Shown one piece after another: positions 1 through 10,151 of a stretch of 64,000 nucleotides of DNA. Each line of letters starts with the position of its first letter. Within the stretch, counting starts at the first letter, position 1. Origin of the DNA: Bugula neritina. Lineage: Eukaryota > Animalia > Bryozoa. The notes beneath the pieces are model-generated. The model worked only from the letters and a program-made list of their open reading frames with translations, was not told the DNA's origin and made no database searches. The stretch lies in contig OZ037766.1 in NCBI GenBank assembly GCA_964035545.1, positions 23,424,767-23,488,766 of the forward strand, given 5' to 3'. The position numbers and the translations under genes are program-made.

Positions 1-2811
1 TTCTTGGCCCGGACTAGGTCAGCTACCACCCCTGGTAGCGTAGCTTAGAGCCGACACAGCTCCCTGACGTTCCTGAGCAGTGTGGGGTTTGCGTGAAGGT
101 TGTTAACAGCTTCATTAGGGGATTCGGACCGGAGTTGTCCTTCTTCCCAGCTGTATACCCCGCTTTCCCCAACTGTTCTTCAACGTCCGAGCAAGGGGGT
201 CCACCATCCCTGCGCTCAATATTCTGGCACTGCTTGCACCCATCTGCCTGGCGGCGGCTGAGCCCGTCGGCATTACCGTGTTTCTTACCGGGTCAGTGTT
301 CGATCCGATAAAAAAACTTTGCCAGGATTTCCAGCCAGCGCGCTACTTGGCTTGATGGTTCCGCCCGTCGACACAGCCATATCAAAAACGCATGATCCGT
401 CCGGAGCCGGAACGTACGCCCATATAGATATGGTTTAAAGTGTTTGACCGCCTTGACTACTGCCAAGAGTTCCCTCCTGGTTGTACAGCAGTTCTTCTCA
501 GGCGCCGACAGGGCTTTGCTATAATAAGCCACCACCACCTCGCGACCATCTTGGACTTGCGATAGTACAGCCCCCACATTATGGTTACTGGCATCAGTAT
601 CCAAAATGTACTCCTTCGCAGGGTCAGGGTACGCCAAGATGGGTGCTTCCACCAGGCGATCTTTCAGGTGGTCAAATGCCTTCTGCTCGGCCTGTGTCCA
701 CTGCCATCGCACTCCTTTTGCTGTCAGCCGATTTAACGGCTGTGCAATTCCTGCGAAGTCTGGTATGTACTGACGATTGTACCCTACCAGTCTCAGGAAT
801 GCCGGCAATTCAGGGAGGTCGACAGGGACAGCCCAGTCCCTCATAGCCCGTACCTTCTCGGGGTCGGTGGCGACCCTGTCTCGACCAACTACTTAACCTC
901 GCGCTGCAGTAATGCACACTTCGAGGGCTTGAGCTTCAGGCCCGCAGCTCGAAGTCTGTCAAACACCTCCCTGAGTTGACTGACATGTGTGTCGAAGTCG
1001 GGGGAGATGACAATGACATCATCAAAATAAATGAGCAAGGTCTTCCAGTGTAGCCCACTCAGGACCTGCTCCATGAGTCGTTGGAAGGTGGCCGGTGCGG
1101 ACGTAAGTCCGAATGGCAACACCTTCCATTTCCAGAGCCCATCCCGCGTTATAAACGAGGCCTTGTCCTGTGCTCCAGGACTCAGGGGCACCTGCCAATA
1201 CCCGCTTAACAAGTCCAACGTGCTAAAGAACTTGCTACCAGTTAAGGCATCGAGCGACTCATTGATCCTAGGAAGAAGGTAAGCGTCCTGGATGGTCACG
1301 CTGTTCAGCCTGCGATAATCAACGCAAAACCTCCAGCTCCCATCCTTTTTCCGAACCAGGACAACTGGAGAACTCCAGGCCCCATGGCCTGGCTCAATCA
1401 GGTCCCGGTTCAGAAGGTCTTGCACCTGCCGGCTCACTTCTTTCTCCTTCTCAGGACCTAACCGGCGGGTCGGCTGCCGGATGGGCGCCGTCCTCGCCGC
1501 CAGGGGTATCTCATGACAGACAGTCTTAGTCAGACCCATGTTATGGTCGCCGCAACTAAACACGTCCTTGTACTCGGAGAGTAGCCGCGCCATCACCAGG
1601 CGTTCCCGCTTGCTCTCACATCCATCACAGGCATCCTTGTACAACTCTGCTACGTGTTCAGGCACCGGCCCCCTGCCGTCTCTAGTGGGTACCCCACGAG
1701 CTTTGTCCACTGTCTCCAGCGCGGGCCCGACATCCTCCTCCTGTACGGAGTGGAACTTCCTCACTAGAGACCCAGCCGGCAATTCTACCGGCTCTGTGAA
1801 AGGATTCACGTACTGGACCAGGAGCTCCCCCCGCTCATCCAGTCTATTCAGACTGTTAGCAAGCTGAACACCCCCCAGTGCACCTTCCACCACTCCTAGC
1901 TCGGAGATTTCCCTACAGTTCACTCTGCAGCGAACTGTAGCACGGGAGCGCCCAGGTACAGTACAGCACTGTACCACCTGCACTCCCCCCACTAAGGGTC
2001 TGCCAAATCGGTCGACACAGGCCAGCTCACGTCCGGCCATCACTACCGCCGACTTGTTAAAGTCGATGTAGCAGCTGTGTCGCTTCAGAAATGGCATGCC
2101 CAAGATGGCGTCCTCCTTGAGTTGACTGACGAAGGTCTCGCTGATCGTCTGATCACGAACTCTACCAGTCAACTGGATTACCCCATAGAAATGAATACAC
2201 GACCCGTCTGCCAACGTGCCGTGCTCCCCTTCATATGGTTCTAGGCTAGCCCTGTCCCTGGCACTGAGAGTGTCAAATAGACGCCGACTCAGTAGGTTTG
2301 TGGTGCACCCAGTATCCAACAGGAATGTGACAGCTTTGCTGGCAAGCTTGACGGGGAGGAAAGAGCTGCTTCCATATGGCTGAGCGCTCACTGAGCGGTT
2401 CGTCTCTTGAGGCGACACCTCATGTGCATGGAGTTGGGGATGCACCTGAGCTTTTCGGTTGCGAGGGATTCGTCGACGTCGCGTGGGTAAGCAGGTTACA
2501 TCTCGGTCTTGCTCACACACGAGCGGCCGAGTGAATTCTCGGACTGGTGCTCATGTGGGCAACCGAGGAAAATCCCTGTTTCGCTCCCACTCGTCTTACA
2601 CTCCCTCATCAGGCAAACCTTCAAAGCGGTTTTTGAGTGCCCAAGCCGGAGGTTTTGGCGGGCCTTGCGGCCTACTAACTCTCCTTGGGGCTTGCCACTC
2701 TGGCGAAGGCGGCCTCCTCACCCGGTGGGGTTTGGGCCTTGGCCTCTGCCTTGGGGGGTTAAACTGGGGCCCACGGTCGGTGGAAGTTACCGTGGGCCAT
2801 TGCCGTTTAAC
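1..2811 (-). pseudogene. pol: Gypsy pol: aspartic protease, reverse transcriptase, RNase H; disrupted
   Basis: Protease motif FLLDTGC. RT motifs WRFCVDYRRLN, PFGLTSAPATFQRLM, YFDD. RNase H motifs ILDTDAS, RELLAVV, RTDH. The frame continues past the TGA at 293-295 as PGKKHGNADGLSRR. Deletion/frameshift near 889; in-frame stops at 2551-2553 and 2596-2598. Confidence 0.93.
2768..2811 (-). promoter_or_regulatory. Putative -1 programmed ribosomal frameshift signal at the gag-pol junction
   Basis: Minus strand G_TTA_AAC (2811-2805) in the phase of the gag knuckle frame, a 6-nt spacer, then a perfect 10-bp stem GGCCCACGGT/ACCGTGGGCC. The -1 frame equals the pol frame. Confidence 0.75.
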
Positions 2812-3658
2812 TGCCTCTCTCTACCGTGGGGGCAACTTCGCATGAAGTGCCCACCACTACCACAGCCCCAGCATACGGGGCGCCGCCTGTCATCGACAGC
2901 TGTCGACGACCCTCGGGTCGCTCGGCTGTCGACTGCTGGCGTAGTTGCCTGATCTCAGCTAACAACTCTCGAACCAAGCTTGTAGTCAAGCTAGTCGGCT
3001 CGTCGGCTGCTGCCATGGCGACATGTACAGCTGTCTTCGCTGGCGACGTCGACACGTCGTCGTCTGCTCCGACCTGCTGTATTGTCGTACCAGGCCGACA
3101 CGCACTGATGGCTTGGAAATAGGCATTCCCAAGCCTTAGAGCTCTCATCATAGTTTCAACCTCGGCCACCAGCAGATGCTGTTTTAACCCGAGGTTGTTA
3201 ATAGACTGGAGGAATGCATCCAGTGCTAAGCTCTGTCGACTATCAGCAGGCAAGTCGCCATAGGCAGCTTGTGCCAGTCGTTTGACTACAGTAGCATGCT
3301 CTCGCAGGTTAGTCTTAGAATTTCTCCTAAGCCCCTGGAGTTGCACGCGAGCATCTCGAGCGGTTAATCCAAACCGAGCTCTTAATGCTTCAAATATGTC
3401 ACCGACATTCTGGCTTATCCAATAGGGTTTAGCCGGCCCTGTCAGACATAACCGCAGCTGGATCAGAGTAACTCTATTTGGCCATCTGCAGATGGCCGCC
3501 ACATCACTAAACTCAGTGATGAATTGCTCCACATCTTCTTCTCCCGAGAAGATGGGAGCCCGCAAGTGGTACCTGTCCATAAGCAGCGCTGGGCCGCCTA
3601 TGTGATCCTCCTCTACTGCTGCCGGTTCCTGTCCGGGCGCGTCGTCCTCGTCGGCCAT
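2787..3658 (-). pseudogene. gag: Gypsy gag with CCHC zinc knuckle, broken by one frameshift near 2880-2910
   Basis: ORF 2807-3658 has a retrotransposon-gag-like N-terminus. The knuckle CWGCGSGGHFMRSC (CX2CX4HX4C) lies at 2832-2873 in the -1 frame, which ends at TAA 2787-2789. Confidence 0.85.
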
Positions 3659-3701
3659 CTTCTTTCTACTCCCTGGCTGGGAGCACTTGTATTAAGTGGA
3701 G

Positions 3702-3718
3702 TCCCACTGCTGCCACCA
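3702..3718 (-). promoter_or_regulatory. Primer binding site complementary to a tRNA-Leu 3' end
   Basis: Minus strand TGGTGGCAGCAGTGGGA, 1 nt after the LTR-terminal CA. It is complementary to TCCCAC(C/T)GCTGCCA-CCA, the 3' end typical of metazoan tRNA-Leu(AAG/TAG). Confidence 0.85.
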
Positions 3719-3719
3719 C

Positions 3720-4120
3720 TGTAGTGAATTTCTCAATTCACTATATTATGTGGGTCGACTTATACAAAGCTACTACACCAGGTTATTTACGTTATAACAA
3801 GTTTATTATTTACAAGAAACAAGAATTGAATTACTACTAACATGAATTGTACGATTTTATAACACTGAGCACTTTGCACACAACTACTCTAAGCGAAGTC
3901 CCAAGCTGCTCTGCCCGGCTAGCTACTCAGCGTGCTTCTACTACGCGTAGCTAGCTCCACCTGCTATCAATTAACAGTCCTTCCTAATTGGCTGGTATTA
4001 GTGGTGCCACTGTCGACTGTAAGATGTACGTCGGCTGGGAGTCGATGTAGTCGACCTCCACAATAAGATAACATAGAGTCGACCCTTTCGATATATAAAC
4101 TAATTGTTAATTGCACTACT
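3720..4120 (-). repeat. 5' LTR of the Gypsy element (outer boundary uncertain: about 4062 or about 4120)
   Basis: Inner end ...CACTACA abuts the PBS. Minus-strand TATAAAA near 3855-3861 and AATAAA at 3802-3807. AATTGCACTACT at 4109-4120 is an imperfect inverted copy of the inner terminus. Confidence 0.75.
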
Positions 4121-4163
4121 GAAATCCATTATACTCCAAACCCCCACCCCAATATTAGAAAGC

Positions 4164-4538
4164 GTGTGCCTTATTTACCTACTTTTCTATTTGTGCTATT
4201 ATTACCTGTACCAATTGTACTGGGCACCACCCACAATACATCAATTGGAGAAGATTTCAAATCATCCATCATTGCTGAATTGTGAACAAACTCAGTGAAA
4301 TTCTTCTGTAGTTCCTCTAAAAACTTTTTGATAAAGCGTTGCAATGGGTCACACGTCAATTTAAACATCTAGCTCTTTCTTTTGGAGAAGTAGTTCAGAA
4401 AAATACCGTTAAAACTCCAATAAAATTTCAAAGAGATGCCCAGAAGATTTTTAGAAAAAGAATCTGAACCAGGTAGTTTCCGGTAGAATTGGCACAGGTA
4501 ATAATGGCACAAATGAAAAGTTAGGTAAAAGTGGCACA
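4164..4538. repeat. Pair of ~58-bp imperfect inverted repeats (4164-4222 and 4481-4538), transposon-end-like
   Basis: tttacctacttttctatttgtgctattattacctgtaccaatt versus the reverse complement of the right copy, tttacctaacttttcatttgtgccattattacctgtgccaatt. Confidence 0.75.
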
Positions 4539-5505
4539 TTTTCAAAATTATCATTGAAGATTTGAGTTGGGGGCTAAGCATTCAGCATGGGGGGTTTGGA
4601 GGTTTTGGAAAATTTAACACTAATGAATAATTTTTATCTAAAATTTGAGCAGTTCATTGAGTGTGGGGAAAGATACCGTGTTTTGGAAAGAGTAGCCACC
4701 ACTTTAGTGTAACTTTAAGGACATTGCTGCTGTGATGAAAAGCAGTAATATGACTGAACTCCTGAATTTTCAGGTTCAGGTTATTTATTGTAGCAAATAT
4801 ATTTACTGGGTATGTAGTATACAGTGCGTAGAAAGTGACTTGCATGGCTGCTAAAAGTTGGTCTTTTGGCTTTTGCAAATTTTTTAACCTCCATTCAAAA
4901 TGGAACAGAGAACAGTTAGGGTAGATTAATTATTAAACACTTTTATGTGAGATTGCAGAATACGGTTTGGTTAAATAGATGAACTGATATGAAGATTTAT
5001 AGATATACATATACATGTAACTTGGAAGAGCTCAAAAAGCCATCAACAACCTGCTTGAATTTTTCAAAATCTAAATCCCCCAAAATGTCTAAATTCTCAT
5101 TATAGGGGAACTCACCCTAGGTTGAGAACCACTGTTTTAGAAATTAGTAAAATCCATGTTCACCCAGCCAACATAAATATTATCTTTAAAATTCAATTGT
5201 TGAACTTATAAGTTTGATGAAAATGTGACTCCCAGACAAAAGAATTGTAATAATACCAGTTACCTCAAGAAAGTACCACTAGGCAGTAAAGATTTGCAGT
5301 GTATGCAGGTACGAATTGTAATATCATTCACTTCTGTTCAGGTTCAAGTAGCGAGCTTAGGAAGAAAGCATCAATAAACATGAAAATATTCAGGTTCATC
5401 CGCGTTATCCCATCAACAATGGATGACATCATCTGTTTATGGCTTCTCATTGTATAAAAATGTTTGAAATATTTTATGCAAAATTATGCTAGAAAATTAT
5501 GCAGT

Positions 5506-5789
5506 TTTTCCAACAATTATCTTGTGTAGTTTTGCAATAAAATTCTTAACATGGCTTGCTAGCTCTAGAAGTTTATTTTGTTAGGGATTTATTTTATACT
5601 GATTAGTTGTAGGGATGACCAGGGCACAATAGTCATAGGTGTACAAAAAGCCTGTTAAGTTGTCAGAGAACTTATTGACGTAGAGTTTATCCAAAAATTT
5701 TCTTGCATGATTTTGCAATAAAATATCTTAATATAGCTTGCTAGCTATAGAAGTTAATTTTTTTATGGATTACTTTTATGCTGATTAGT
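5506..5789. repeat. Diverged ~100-bp direct duplication (about 5506-5607 and 5686-5789)
   Basis: Shared ttttgcaataaaat...cttgctagct.tagaagtt...ctgattagt. Confidence 0.75.
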
Positions 5790-6021
5790 AGCACTCACTA
5801 TATTATGTTTTTTTTCTAGTTGAAATTAGGTAATTATAATACTTTAAAATAATTATAAATACATGTAGTCTCATTTACAGGCAACAAATAGGCATAAAAT
5901 TTGTTGTTAAGTAATTTATAATTTGTCATATGAAATATTCGGCTTTTGACATTTTGCAGCTATATGGAACAAAATTGAAACTATTTTTGCATGAACGCTA
6001 TAAAATATGTATTTTATAGCG

Positions 6022-6153
<132 letters not shown>

Positions 6154-6179
6154 TACAGATTAATCCAATACGCCCTAGG

Positions 6180-7660
6180 GCATTAAATGGATATCATTCT
6201 TAGTGATCTTGGTAGTTGATTCCACAGCACAAGTTTTCTAAAATGTGAGGACCTTTGGCCAGCGGATGATAAATGAAAAGGTAGGTACACGGAGGAAACT
6301 GGCTGATAATGAGTAGAATAGAGAGCGGAGGTTGAAGAGTTGAGTGAATAAAATAGCTTGTGCTTGCTTGAGTATTTTGTATTTGTATAGTTTATCTACA
6401 GTTAGAATAGGTATCTAATGTCTTAAATAGGTCTTTGGTTGGAAATCTACAAGGTTTGCGATTAATTATTCTTACAATTTTCTTTTGAAACTGAATCAAC
6501 CTTTGAAGATGAACTCTAGATGTATTTCCCCAGGATTCAATGGGGTAGCATAACTTAGAGTGTATGAATGAACAATACAACAATGTTAAAACTTGTTTAG
6601 GAACAAAATTACTTAAACGATAAAAAAGACCAGCTGCAGGTCTAAGATCTCTTAGCAATTAGTTGGCGTGTGATGACCAGCATAAGTGCTTATCAATTAC
6701 TACTCCAAGAAATTTTATCTCGTCAACCTCTTCAATATTCATGTCATTTAAAGTTCGACTTCGATCAAAAATAAACTTATTTTGATGGTTTTTAAATATC
6801 ATGTACCGTAGCAGGTTTTTTCATAGTGTAGTGAAAATCAAGCACACACTTGTTTTGTTATTATTTGAGTTGTTCTCCCCTGCTACTTTTTTTGTATGTT
6901 AAATAATTATAAGCATGTGAGCCGAATTCGGAACCAAAGGTATGATTTCGGATGGGGTCTGTCCGATTTCGGATGGCGGAACTCCGAATTCGGCCGATTC
7001 CGGACCCCTAAGTGGCAGGCACTTTTCTGACAGTATATAAAGGCGAGCATTTTAGTATCAATTCAGTCTAACACTGGAGCTCGCAGAGGAAACTACTATA
7101 TATATATATATATATATATCAATAAAGGCTATTAGAATCAATATTTTACAAAGACTGTTATTCAACAATTAATAGTACTGGCATGCAGACTACTTAATCT
7201 GTTTCATTAAACCCGCAAAATCATGACAATAGTTTATAGTTAGTTTATTCGTTTGACACCATTTATTAAGTTTTACTAAGTCATAACTGATTTTAGAAAA
7301 TGCATAATTGAGGTTCCTAGATTTAAAAAACAGATTTGTGTCATCTGCATACAGTATGGGAGTTAGATATTTTAAATTGAGAAAAAGATCATTGATGTAT
7401 AGTAGAAATAGGGTTGAACATAATATGGAGCCTTGAGGTACATCCCATGTTATAGTACTAGTTTTAGAAAAGGATTCATTTATTTTACTTATCTGGGTTC
7501 TGTTTGTTAAATAATCTTGAATCCACTGAATGGCTAAGCCGCTGAAATTATATTGCTTTAGGTAATTTTTTACAAAGTATAATATGACCAATGGTGTCGA
7601 ATGTTTTACGAAAGTCAATGGACATACCAAGAACACATTTGCTTTTTATTTTGTACAAAA
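6180..7660 (-). mobile_element. 5'-truncated, decayed non-LTR retrotransposon (LINE; CR1/L2/Jockey-group-like RT and C-terminal region), split by a solo LTR
   Basis: IDFRKTFDTIGH, VPQGSIL, FLLYINDL, YADDTNL, KFLGVVIDKHLCWSSH, LLYCSFIHSKLCY, WNQLP. Contains stops and frameshifts. Confidence 0.9.
6827..7228 (+). mobile_element. Solo LTR (402 bp) inserted in the LINE, with 4-bp target-site duplication ATAG
   Basis: TGTAGTGA...TCATGACA termini. ATAG at 6823-6826 and 7229-7232. Removing the insert rejoins LINE coding sequence (TINY-EKTCY). TATATAAA at 7034, AATAAA at 7121. Confidence 0.88.
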
Positions 7661-7667
7661 ATAGAAT

Positions 7668-9041
7668 TTATATGACGTTACTCAATTTATTTTTAATAAT
7701 TTTAGCGTACACAGGCTTGCTACAGCCCAGTGTGACATTGTTATTACTATCTTTACCCTGGGGTACAAGGTAGTCGCTAACATAGTAGCATGGTTCAACT
7801 CTAATTGGCTGTTTTGGTCCAAAGTACTTTGGCATGGGAATACTGTCAAAATGCTGGTCAACATTTTCACTAATATCGATCAACAGTCCAATGCCAGACG
7901 ATGCGGATGGTTGGTTTTCTGCCTCTTCATAAAGAGAGTGTGTACTCGTAGTTAGATCGTTATCACTATCATGTGAAAGCTTCTCAGCTGAGTTTCTTTG
8001 TGGTAGAGGAGGTGGAGCCTCTGGAACTGAACCATAACCTGTGGAGAGAGCTGAGCAAGTTGATGAGCTCCGGGAATATATTATACTCGACTTCTTTCGA
8101 TAACTATCAATACTTTCATATATATTCTCATTGATATCACCGGAGCTCATCTGCACTCCTTGGCTGTGAGAAATCGTAGTGTTGGTGAGCATAGCTTGCG
8201 ATTTGAAGGGGCTTGTGGTAACAGTTGCGCTCCCTGTAACACATATGCATGATTTTATAACGCATCTGATAAAGATCAATTCCAAGTAATCAAGTCAAGT
8301 TCAATTTGTTTAGAAGTTTTATCGCAGAAGCTATTAAGCACGTGGGAGTTATGAGCATCGTACAATACATATATTAAATGTATGTTACTATAACATTTAT
8401 GAATATATTGTAGAATAAATTCGTTTTATTCACTGTCTATAAACAAAACAGGTTATCATTTCAATTTTGTGAATACTCTAGATTTCCAGCTACTTGCTAT
8501 AGACTCACTAGAACTAATGGCATCAGAATTGAGCAAAGTGTACCACTCGTCTCGGTCTTCCATGTTATAAAATAATATCTGCATTCGCTTAAATCCTCGT
8601 CCTTTGATACTAAGACAATATGGTCGAAGAGTTCCTCCATTAAACTTTTCGCATTTCAAATCTTTACAAGCAGAAGGCAGAGTTAAAGTTCTAGATATAG
8701 AAGCACAGACGGCAGAAAGTTTTGCAGGCTGAACTTGTATAGTGATGAGCCAAGCAGGAATGGGACCGGCCGAAGCAGCTAAGGTCACTCTACATGACAT
8801 CCATTTCTACATCAAGTCATCGGAAATGTAAGCAAACAAAACTCAGTAAAGTAATGTTGAATAAGTTAGAAAATAGAGCTTACAGGATAATCAGTGCTAG
8901 TATTCAAAAGATAAACTCCAATTTTAGTGCTCATTTTTGGACACGTTCAAATTAAGTAGTGAGTAGGAAATGATACAATGAAGTTGAACTCACCTTAGAG
9001 AATCCAAAGCAAATTTTAACAGGCTTCCAAGAATTAGACAT
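7668..9041 (-). CDS. Uncharacterised ~300-aa putative adaptor: PH-like N-terminal domain plus low-complexity tail with Tyr and Pro motifs (exons 9041-8994, 8806-8509, 8233-7668)
   Basis: Phase-compatible GT-AG junctions (GTGAG donors). PH-like C-terminal helix FYNMEDRDEWYTLL. Tail motifs ENIYESI, PPPLPQR, LYEE, DYLVP, VYAKI. Confidence 0.6.
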
Positions 9042-10151
9042 TATGTCATATTTGTTAATGAAGGTTTAGTTAGATTGCAATTAGTCAATTATGCGAAGAT
9101 GCTTTTGCGGTGGATAATATAGAAGGCCTTTAATGAACAGGCGATACCAGCTGGAAAGTAGCTTATCAGGATATTAAACATAGATAGCAGACACCCATAC
9201 AGTAAAGGCTCCAGTTTTTATCAATAGTTACATATTTTACTACAGTAGCACAACTGATAATAAACACTAGCACTGACCGACTACGTATCAAGATAAAATT
9301 ATTGTTAGAGAAATATTTTTCCTGATCCGTCAGGACTTATCCTAATATCCCAATAATCGTTATAGTGCACGTTTATTATTGAAATATACAAATATACTTA
9401 TAATAAATTACAAGTATACTAATACTCTAAGGTAACTGGTTATTAATGCATGGTATAAAACTAAGAGCAGTAAATTAATGTTTGAGTTAAATGGTATCTA
9501 CATTCACTAAAACCTTCCCAGTTCAAAGCACTAGTATCATTATATAGGGTAGAGATATAATTAAGTAATTATTAGCAACATCAAAGGCTCTGTCTTCTAA
9601 CTCAGGTTATATATATAGTCTGAGTGACTCATGCGATTTTTTGGAGCAGAAAAAAATCAGCGATTAAAGAAAATAACAAACATAAGTAAAATCTAAATAT
9701 GATACTGTTATTGAATCAGATAACATAATGATAGCTAGACACCATAAAATTTTTAATAATAGCATTTTGATAAGAAACACAACTCCATAATTGATGTGAA
9801 GGTGTAACTGAGATATTTCTATATACTCTTAAAGCATAGACGCATAACCAAAGACAGAAGCATTCTTACTTTATTAAAAAACATTTTTGAAACTTTTAAA
9901 ATTACACGAACGAAAAAACAATACTATTAGCTAGATAATCATGGACTAGCTATAGAGCCATCGAAAGTATTAATTATATTGAAATACTGAAGAATATTAT
10001 TGGTTAGTAAATATTACACACTACAGCAGCAGTAGAATGTTTCTATCTTAAGGGGGTTGGGCTGGTAGATATTGAGAATTACAATATTAGCTAACTAAGG
10101 TAGGCAGGAATGATACAGGAGTTAAATCTGACAATTGCTGAGCACTTAAAT

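Larger units (their letters stand above)
1..4120 (-). mobile_element. Decayed Ty3/Gypsy LTR retrotransposon, 5' portion (5' LTR, PBS, gag, PR-RT-RNaseH); integrase and 3' LTR would lie left of the window
   Basis: GC-rich block in an AT-rich background. Domain order gag-protease-RT-RNaseH on the minus strand, with PBS and LTR upstream. Several stops and frameshifts. Confidence 0.95.

Noticed and set aside
2570-2612. Minus-strand CTGATGAG...CGAAAC resembling a hammerhead core inside Gypsy pol
   Set aside because: The intervening sequence cannot form stem II and no matching stem I with an NUH site was found.
93-3724. Plus-strand ORFs over the retrotransposon
   Set aside because: Antisense shadows of GC-rich gag/pol with no recognisable motifs.
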